Part shown: piece after piece, positions 33,805 through 39,659 of the stretch
Position numbering within the stretch: position 1 is the stretch's first letter
How the letters are laid out: each line of letters begins with the position of its first letter
Source of the DNA: a virus
Taxonomy: Duplodnaviria; Caudoviricetes
Direction: 5' to 3' (one strand)
IMG/VR virus record: IMGVR_UViG_3300029448_000113
Location: 1-39,659 of that record
DNA: 39,659 nucleotides
Position numbers and translations under genes: made by a program
The notes under the pieces: generated by a model
Told to the model about the DNA's origin: nothing
What the model saw: only the letters and a program-made list of their open reading frames with translations
Database searches by the model: none

Positions 33805-34138
33805 ACTGTTCCTCCCAAGAGTTCATTGCGTTGTCGTATAAGTTTCGGATTTGTGATTTGTCTAGTTCTACTAAATTCTCAATAAAGAGAAACTGTCCGT
33901 ATAGATCGCCGCCCCAGTATCCCGTTATGTATGCTTCCGCTATATCTGGCTGGTGATCGTTTATCCATACAAAGCTTCTTCCTAATTCAACGGCGTCTAG
34001 GCTACCCTGTTGCGAAGCAGTTCGGTACGCCTCCCCCACATACACTCCCACTGGCAGCGGGTTCTGCATCTTCACATTCGCTGTCGGAGGTTTGTTCTCG
34101 TACTGTCTCCCTTTTACAACTGTGCCTTTGACTATCAC
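33785..34138 (-). CDS. Diverged riboflavin-kinase-fold protein (117 aa)
   Basis: GTVVKG..PTANV..PVGVY..EAYI..GDLYG matches the RibF C-terminal/Flavokinase signature; SD GAGAGGA before the GTG start. Confidence 0.78.
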   Translation of the reverse strand: MIVKGTVVKGRQYENKPPTANVKMQNPLPVGVYVGEAYRTASQQGSLDAVELGRSFVWINDHQPDIAEAYITGYWGGDLYGQFLFIENLVELDKSQIRNLYDNAMNSWEEQYVQQAS

Positions 34139-34553
34139 TGAATATCCTCTCTATTAGTTGTTGTGAAAGTTCTCTTCTTTTACCATGTCTAAGAGCGAGA
34201 ACTCGCAACCTTCTCCAATCGGGAACCCTCTCCGCAAACTCATTGATACAAGTTGCGGTTGCCCATCTTTCAGAGCATATGATGTCCGACAAGTAGAAGC
34301 TATCGCCTTCTTGGTTGAAGGGTTGCCAATGCCGATCCAAGTCGTTTTCATTGATTCGGTATCCCACTCCCATCCCAACCAATACACCATCCTGCTCGAC
34401 GAGGCAGAGACTTCCATTTTGTTGATGGAACTTGATGTATATTTCCAAGATATTGTCCGGCCATCCACCGAAACAGAGCCCTCTGGTATCATATCGCCTG
34501 ATGAAGCTAATGACATCAGATACAGAAAATCGTTTGTGTTCGTCATTGGTCAT
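34002..34553 (-). CDS. GNAT-fold virion-assembly protein
   Basis: LCLVEQDGVLVGMGVG..SFYLSDIIC GNAT-like strands. Position after the tail nozzle is as in T7 gp13 / P22 gp14. Confidence 0.6.
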   Translation of the reverse strand: MTNDEHKRFSVSDVISFIRRYDTRGLCFGGWPDNILEIYIKFHQQNGSLCLVEQDGVLVGMGVGYRINENDLDRHWQPFNQEGDSFYLSDIICSERWATATCINEFAERVPDWRRLRVLALRHGKRRELSQQLIERIFSDSQRHSCKRETVREQTSDSECEDAEPAASGSVCGGGVPNCFATG

Positions 34554-36115
34554 CTCTCCAGAGCCATAGTGTTCATAAACGCACTGGTTTTAATCGACCT
34601 AACTAATAGTCTACCTGAGCTTGCCTTGATCTTAAACCTAGCCTCATTGAACTCACCCTTTGTGCTTAGGGAGAATGAGCGAGAGAACGGGCCAACAGCA
34701 GGTAGGGTAAACGGCAAAGTAACTGGGAGCGTAACCGATGTTGTCTGAGTAGGAATGTTGTTCTCGATCAATACGTCAGTAGCACCAGCTTCTTCATCAA
34801 GGGTTGCATATACTTCCGCGCAATGACAGCCAGCAATACTATTCTCAAACTCTATGTCTAAATGGTTCCCCAGCTTAGGCGATAAAAAGTCTCCGTAAAC
34901 ATGGCCCCTACTGATGAGAAAGCTTTCTATGTCCACTGAGTTGTCCTGATAGGTAGATGAAGCCAAGTTAGATTCACTAACGTAATCAAGCCATGTAAGA
35001 ACATTTCCGCTGTTGTCACCCATTATGAGCTTAGGGTAATTAGTAAAGCTAGACTCGGCGTACACGTTATTAGTCCACCCTGTCCAGTATCCGCTCCAAG
35101 ACCTAGTTACAGTATTAAATACAATAGTGTAGTCAGGGGTTGTGGCGTTATCTAAAGGAACACTAATAATGTACCTATTGTTCCAGAACTTAGCGCATGA
35201 GTTCTTAGCGTAGCCCCAGTTGATTCTCTGTATAATGTCATCAATAGGCGTAGAGATAGGCTCGGACACAGAACTCTGAGCACCTGAGAGAATAGTGCGT
35301 ACAGTACGGATACCATCTCTAGCCAAGAAGAACACATCAGACCCAGCCTGTGCTATAGTCCTGCCAGCAATACAACCAACAGTATTATCAATTCTATTAA
35401 CAGCCCAGCCACTAGCAGATGATTGAGACGGGTCAGTCACCACTACATGAATTGAGCGTTCCTTGAATACGACTAAATTAAAATTATACCAGCTTACTAT
35501 GCCAGTAATAGGATCACCTTCGCCGCCACCAACTCTAAACTGAAACCCAGTTCCCCAAGTAGTTCCGTCTAGAATACCGCTCGCCGCAACTTCATCGTCG
35601 TAGTTGTTATTGTTTGCGGAGAAAAGCCTGTTCGTGTGGGATATTAAGAACTTACCCCTAGGTATTGATGAGCCGGTTGCGGTGGGTTCGTCCGTAACTA
35701 CTGAACCGTTGTAGGAGTGCAAGTTACCGCTCCCGTCCGTCATAAACATTTTGTCCACTAACTGAGCGAACTCAACATTATTAGAGGCTGATGGGGTGTA
35801 CCCTGATACGCTAGAAAAGGTTGATCCAGTTGACTTATACAGAACACCATTAGATACAGCTAGAATCTCTTCGTAGGAAGGCGTGTCAAAAAAGGTTAGC
35901 CCCTTGATCGGATTCGTCAGAGTAGAGCCTACAATAGAAGTTCCCCGCCTAGTAGAAATAGCACCGAACTTGTCGATGTCCATATTCTTAGCTTCGTGGA
36001 ACTGGCCTTCCTTTAAGAGATTAGCGCGTACATTGCTTATCTGACCTCCGATAAAACTACCGGACAAGTCGTAAGCTAACTGGTCATCAAGACCATCGTT
36101 GTAGTGTACAGGCAT
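34550..36115 (-). CDS. Tail nozzle / tubular protein B (P22 gp10-like stabilisation protein, 521 aa)
   Basis: Beta-propeller-like pattern: GAISTRRG, LVVFKERSI, GCIAGRTIA, VFFLARDGI. Confidence 0.85.
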   Translation of the reverse strand: MPVHYNDGLDDQLAYDLSGSFIGGQISNVRANLLKEGQFHEAKNMDIDKFGAISTRRGTSIVGSTLTNPIKGLTFFDTPSYEEILAVSNGVLYKSTGSTFSSVSGYTPSASNNVEFAQLVDKMFMTDGSGNLHSYNGSVVTDEPTATGSSIPRGKFLISHTNRLFSANNNNYDDEVAASGILDGTTWGTGFQFRVGGGEGDPITGIVSWYNFNLVVFKERSIHVVVTDPSQSSASGWAVNRIDNTVGCIAGRTIAQAGSDVFFLARDGIRTVRTILSGAQSSVSEPISTPIDDIIQRINWGYAKNSCAKFWNNRYIISVPLDNATTPDYTIVFNTVTRSWSGYWTGWTNNVYAESSFTNYPKLIMGDNSGNVLTWLDYVSESNLASSTYQDNSVDIESFLISRGHVYGDFLSPKLGNHLDIEFENSIAGCHCAEVYATLDEEAGATDVLIENNIPTQTTSVTLPVTLPFTLPAVGPFSRSFSLSTKGEFNEARFKIKASSGRLLVRSIKTSAFMNTMALER

Positions 36116-36765
36116 TAGTTACTGAAATCGTTTAAGTCCCAAGACGCTTCTACTTGCGGGATAATCCTAGTGTCACTTGCTGATTGGTGAGTCTCCATGT
36201 CCTTAACTATCATTAGCTGGGCTGAAGCCTCTTGGAATTTAATCTGTGCTTTCTGGTACTGGCGCAGGTGCTCAAGCATATCCCCCTCAACAAAGCATAA
36301 AAGGGCGTTATCTACTCCATTTATCTCTGGGCGACCATCATCACCAAGCACGTTGATAAATGTCTTACCAAGAACTAAAAGCGTTTTAGCCTCCTTCGGC
36401 TTCCTGAGCAGCCTAATTTTTGCCTGACCCGTGGAGTCATTTGGAAGGACAATAAAATTGGCAACCTTACCTGTCTCAGAGAATAGTTTAGGGTCAGTCC
36501 TGAACACTGCGGAATAGTCAATAGGTGTAATTTCTTCATCATCCCAAGAAGCTGCTATAGGAAACTGAACCTGAGCGTGGAGGGTTACTTCTTCTGTTTC
36601 AGCGGTTACAGAGTAAGATGTTGTACCTAAAGACTCACGCCATATAGCAGAGTTCCAGATCATTTCATACCTACGGTCAATAAAAGACTTAATTAGATTC
36701 AGACTTCCCTGATCTGTTTTCTGTAGCTTGTCAGCAATAAACTGAGCCAAGTTAGATTTGGTCAA
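36115..36765 (-). CDS. Head-tail adaptor / tail tubular protein A (about 216 aa)
   Basis: Probable TTG start at 36765 after SD AAGGAG (MTKSNLAQFIADKL). Helical adaptor pattern; immediately upstream of the nozzle gene. Confidence 0.75.
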   Translation of the reverse strand: MTKSNLAQFIADKLQKTDQGSLNLIKSFIDRRYEMIWNSAIWRESLGTTSYSVTAETEEVTLHAQVQFPIAASWDDEEITPIDYSAVFRTDPKLFSETGKVANFIVLPNDSTGQAKIRLLRKPKEAKTLLVLGKTFINVLGDDGRPEINGVDNALLCFVEGDMLEHLRQYQKAQIKFQEASAQLMIVKDMETHQSASDTRIIPQVEASWDLNDFSN

Positions 36766-36796
36766 GCTCCTTCCGTAATATGGTATAGGTGTCATT

Positions 36797-37417
36797 TTAT
36801 GAGAAAACTGTATATCCCCAAGGGTTGTAGCTTGAGGCACTGGTTTCGGATTTGCTTAGGTCTGTATTGCAATAGCACGCCCTCACGACCCAATAGCTAC
36901 CAGAGTGGCTTCCTCCTCCGTGAAGCACGGGAGTACACGCACCATACTCACTTGCGTATGTTGAGCCGCCGCTATTGTAATCAGTAGGATGCGGTAACTT
37001 AAATGCGCCTCTAGCTTGATTTGCACTAGCATCCGCCATTCCGCTAACCCATCCAGTATCACTACTAAACCCGCCGCTTGCTTGAGAAACAGTAACCCTG
37101 CTCTCCCAACTACTAGAGCTAGTCAAGTCTCCGCCTACAAACTTAAACCAGCCTTGGCAGGAAGAAGAACTATTATCTCTAGACCTAAAGGTTAATGTTC
37201 CTAAATCTATTACCTCATTAAGCTCAGGATGCCACATAATCGGCTTCCACGTTCCAGAGACATTAGTCCACGCCTTTCGCACACGCTTAAACTCGCCAGA
37301 CGCATATACCTGCATTCCGTTGAGCCTGTCCCAAGTGCCGCTATCATTCACATACCAACGAGAAAACCCCTTACCACCAGTAGAGGTATCTGAATCCCAG
37401 TTAGATGTGGTCGCCAT
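36797..37417 (-). CDS. Fibre tip / receptor-binding protein (206 aa)
   Basis: Repeated W/Y-V-N-x-SG-T-W beta motif at the N-terminus, followed by a globular head. Confidence 0.6.
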   Translation of the reverse strand: MATTSNWDSDTSTGGKGFSRWYVNDSGTWDRLNGMQVYASGEFKRVRKAWTNVSGTWKPIMWHPELNEVIDLGTLTFRSRDNSSSSCQGWFKFVGGDLTSSSSWESRVTVSQASGGFSSDTGWVSGMADASANQARGAFKLPHPTDYNSGGSTYASEYGACTPVLHGGGSHSGSYWVVRACYCNTDLSKSETSASSYNPWGYTVFS

Positions 37418-37419
37418 TT

Positions 37420-37983
37420 TTAGTTGTAATACTGCAAGTGAATGTCACCGTCACTTCCGCCAGATGGAGTGCTGGTTGAGTAGGTGTAAGTCGGGCCAGA
37501 AACACTCCCCCAAGACGGAGTTGCTCCTGTACCGCCAGCGGTAAGTACCTGCCCATTTGTGCCAGTGCCTAGCAACTCAGGTGCTCCATCTGCGCCATAA
37601 ACTAATACGTCACCCTGAGTGCCGTCCCCTATTTTGGCTAGAGTAATAGAGTCATCTGCTATCTTTGCTGTAGTTATAGCAGAATCAGCTACCATGTCTG
37701 TGGCAACTTGAACCTCCCCTACCTCACCAGCCGTGGCTGCACCTAGCAATCTATTGTCAGTGGCAGTGTCCTGAATCTTAGCGTAGGTAACGGCGTCATC
37801 GGCAACCTTAGCTGTAGTTACATTAGCGTCCAGTATCTTTGTGGTTGTTACAGCACTATTGTTAATCTTAGCTGTTACTACTGCATTGTCGTTAATGGTA
37901 GCATTTCCTACTAGATTGTTAAGATCACCGTGAGTTACGGATTGACCCGATGTGAATGTTGTACCACCCGTTAAGTCTGGCAT
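37420..37983 (-). CDS. Short tail fibre shaft protein (187 aa)
   Basis: 10-aa repeats (IxDxAVTTAK), GTNGQVL, and STPSGGSDGDIHLQY C-terminus. Confidence 0.75.
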   Translation of the reverse strand: MPDLTGGTTFTSGQSVTHGDLNNLVGNATINDNAVVTAKINNSAVTTTKILDANVTTAKVADDAVTYAKIQDTATDNRLLGAATAGEVGEVQVATDMVADSAITTAKIADDSITLAKIGDGTQGDVLVYGADGAPELLGTGTNGQVLTAGGTGATPSWGSVSGPTYTYSTSTPSGGSDGDIHLQYYN

Positions 37984-37984
37984 T

Positions 37985-38167
37985 TTATTCTGCTTTCTTT
38001 TTAGCTAGTGCTGACCACACCAAGCCAATGATTGTAATTACTGCGCCAACCAAGGCTTCCACCTCAGTCTCCGCAACCATTCCTCTAGCTACTAATGCGC
38101 CTCCACCCGCTGTTAGGATGTGACGAATTATTCCGTTAAGGATTGAGTCTTTATTTTTAATATCCAC
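37985..38167 (-). CDS. Putative holin (two TM helices, 60 aa)
   Basis: GIIRHILTAGGGALVARG..LVGAVITIIGLVWS followed by a basic tail KKK. Confidence 0.65.
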   Translation of the reverse strand: MDIKNKDSILNGIIRHILTAGGGALVARGMVAETEVEALVGAVITIIGLVWSALAKKKAE

Positions 38168-38282
38168 TTTTGCTCCTTTTTTTTGCTTTTTTATTGGCAG
38201 TGGTTCTAGCCATTCCTTTTTTGCTTATGCGTTTCTTAAAGTCCGCCTTGCTCTCATTCTTGTATATTTTTTTATTTGGCAT
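38157..38282 (-). CDS. Very basic micro-protein (41 aa)
   Basis: Not in the track. MPNKKIYKNESKADFKKRISKKGMARTTANKKAKKRSKSGY; GGAGG SD; fills the gap between its neighbours. Confidence 0.6.
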   Translation of the reverse strand: MPNKKIYKNESKADFKKRISKKGMARTTANKKAKKRSKSGY

Positions 38283-38283
38283 A

Positions 38284-38502
38284 TTATCCTCCGAATATCT
38301 TACTTAACGCTAATCCTCCACCCGCTGATCCTGCGCCGACAGCCCCTAAGAGCCACCATTTGAATGTCTCTAACTTCTCAATTCTTACCTGATGGTCGTC
38401 TAATTGTCGAATCATTCTGTCAAGCTTATCTGTATTTCCTACCTGCCTCGCCTCCATGCGGGTTAGAATAGAGTCAATACTGTCTGGGTTGTATTCGTTC
38501 AT
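38284..38502 (-). CDS. Coiled-coil plus C-terminal TM protein (XhlA/holin-like)
   Basis: RIEKLETFKWWLLGAVGAGSAGGGLALSKIF. Confidence 0.6.
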   Translation of the reverse strand: MNEYNPDSIDSILTRMEARQVGNTDKLDRMIRQLDDHQVRIEKLETFKWWLLGAVGAGSAGGGLALSKIFGG

Positions 38503-38503
38503 A

Positions 38504-38788
38504 CTAGCACTTCCACCTTTTGCGGGCTTGATTGAGGCGAGAGTTTGGGTCTTTCGCTGCTTTTGGGAACTTCTTAGCTTGTCCCGCTGATCTAGCGCAG
38601 TAAGATTTTCGCCGCTTAGAGTCCTTGCTTCCCGCCTTAACTTTGCCAGTTACAGCAGTCTTTAGCTTTGATCCGGGATTTGCCCGTCGGTGAGCAGCTA
38701 CACCTTTCTTAGTCATTCCTGCCCCTGACTTGGTGGGACGGTAGTTAGCCCCCTTGCCCTTTGTGGTTCTGGCGATTGATTTAGGCAT
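38504..38788 (-). CDS. Basic phage protein (DUF6321-like, 94 aa)
   Basis: From ATG 38788: GMTKKG..RANPGSKLK..RRKSYCARS..DPNSRLNQARKRWKC. Confidence 0.75.
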   Translation of the reverse strand: MPKSIARTTKGKGANYRPTKSGAGMTKKGVAAHRRANPGSKLKTAVTGKVKAGSKDSKRRKSYCARSAGQAKKFPKAAKDPNSRLNQARKRWKC

Positions 38789-39245
38789 CCTTCTCCTCCT
38801 CTTCCCCAGCTTCCATCCGGTCACGCTCGGCCTGTTCGTTTGGATTCAGCGGCCATTCCTGTTTAATCTTGTCAAAATCTTTGTAGCTTTCGGCAGCGTT
38901 GTATTCGCCTTCCAGACGATCCGCCTCTGCAATCACTGCTGCACGGTATTCGGCCCAATCCTCTGCCACCGCTCGGCCACGCTCTACGCTGGCAATCACC
39001 ATCCAATCGGATTGAGCTAACATCTTCCCAGCAGTGTCTTTAGCCCGAACAATGCCGTCACTCTTCTCACGCTCCAGCGGCGCACGAACTACTGGCGGCT
39101 CTTCAGGCGTAACCCAGCTTATCCCTTGCGCTTCCTTGTCAGCCTCCGTGGACACCCGAAGCCAGTTGGCGGGGAATGAAATGTTGTTATGGCTGAACGC
39201 CTTGTCTAGCGGAAGTGCGCGTCCTTCTGTTGTAATATATGGCAT
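38781..39245 (-). CDS. Tail fibre assembly chaperone-like protein
   Basis: FPANWL and LAQSDWMV..WAEYRAAV..WP motifs; directly follows the fibre gene. Confidence 0.75.
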   Translation of the reverse strand: MPYITTEGRALPLDKAFSHNNISFPANWLRVSTEADKEAQGISWVTPEEPPVVRAPLEREKSDGIVRAKDTAGKMLAQSDWMVIASVERGRAVAEDWAEYRAAVIAEADRLEGEYNAAESYKDFDKIKQEWPLNPNEQAERDRMEAGEEEEKDA

Positions 39246-39254
39246 AGTAAATCC

Positions 39255-39659
39255 CTATCTGGCGTTGCTTGGTGCTGCGAACGGCTGTTCAGCCCACGAA
39301 CAAAACACATAATCGTATGCGGAATTGTTCATAGCAGTTGACTCCACATTGATTTGGAATCCGTTTGAAAGTATGTCTATTTTGTAGCCGGAGTTAGTTG
39401 TCTCTGATGTGCTGCTATTGGCCTGAAGGTAGTTAACCGTTTCATTGTAAGTATCCCTAACTGCATCAAACATCATCCAGCTACCTGATGTAGTTGTGTT
39501 TTTGAGCCAGACCATTTTCGGACGATGGCCCGTGTAAACGAAAACGCCATTGCTTCCCGCTCCTTTGTAGGAACCAAATTTGGAATAGCCCTCGACAGAC
39601 GCCCAAGCGTACATAATGTATTCTAACCCGTTTTCGTTTGCGTAATGCCCGTAACCGCC
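39255..39659 (-). CDS. C-terminal end of the large tail fibre (5'-truncated)
   Basis: Open from the window end: GGYGHYANENGLEYIMYAWASVEGYSKFGSY..FVYTGHRP..DILSNGF..AEQPF..NAR, the usual C-terminus of LamG/SPRY fibres. Confidence 0.85.
   Translation of the reverse strand, partial: GGYGHYANENGLEYIMYAWASVEGYSKFGSYKGAGSNGVFVYTGHRPKMVWLKNTTTSGSWMMFDAVRDTYNETVNYLQANSSTSETTNSGYKIDILSNGFQINVESTAMNNSAYDYVFCSWAEQPFAAPSNAR

Noticed and set aside
34185-34748. 187-aa plus-strand ORF and the many other antisense ORFs within 21-39 kb and 1-12 kb
   Set aside because: Shadow frames opposite well-supported genes, with no RBS or recognisable motifs.
1-39659. Diversity-generating retroelement, integrase/lysogeny module or alternative genetic code
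   Set aside because: No reverse transcriptase, TR/VR pair, recombinase or CI-like repressor seen; long genes translate without internal stops in code 11.

Overview
The window is an almost complete, circularly permuted genome (about 39.7 kb) of a tailed dsDNA phage with podovirus-type architecture. One tail-fibre gene runs off the left end and resumes at the right end. The minus strand carries one long morphogenesis arm: terS, terL, a mini spanin-like pair, portal, HNH endonuclease, scaffold, N4-gp56-type major capsid, fibres, holin-like genes, tail adaptor and nozzle, a GNAT protein, ejection proteins and a 3241-aa polyvalent protein. The plus strand (12.7-21.1 kb) carries early and replication genes: DUF932, resolvase, ERF, a split PD-(D/E)XK nuclease, SSB, a DnaA-C domain protein and an initiator. 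I found no integrase, DNA polymerase, helicase, tRNA, CRISPR array or recognisable endolysin. The most interesting signals are: (1) two covarying copies of an unrecognised three-way-junction RNA motif (9878-9959 minus, 14641-14744 plus), each beside one of two copies of an iteron/AT-pentamer origin-like element; (2) a 23-bp G-U-containing long-range stem that loops out the whole first early gene; (3) a diverged riboflavin-kinase-fold gene inside the virion ejection module; (4) a minimal histone-fold protein; (5) ART-like, zincin-like and possibly sigma-like modules in the giant virion protein. All calls come from reading motifs by eye; no database searches were run.
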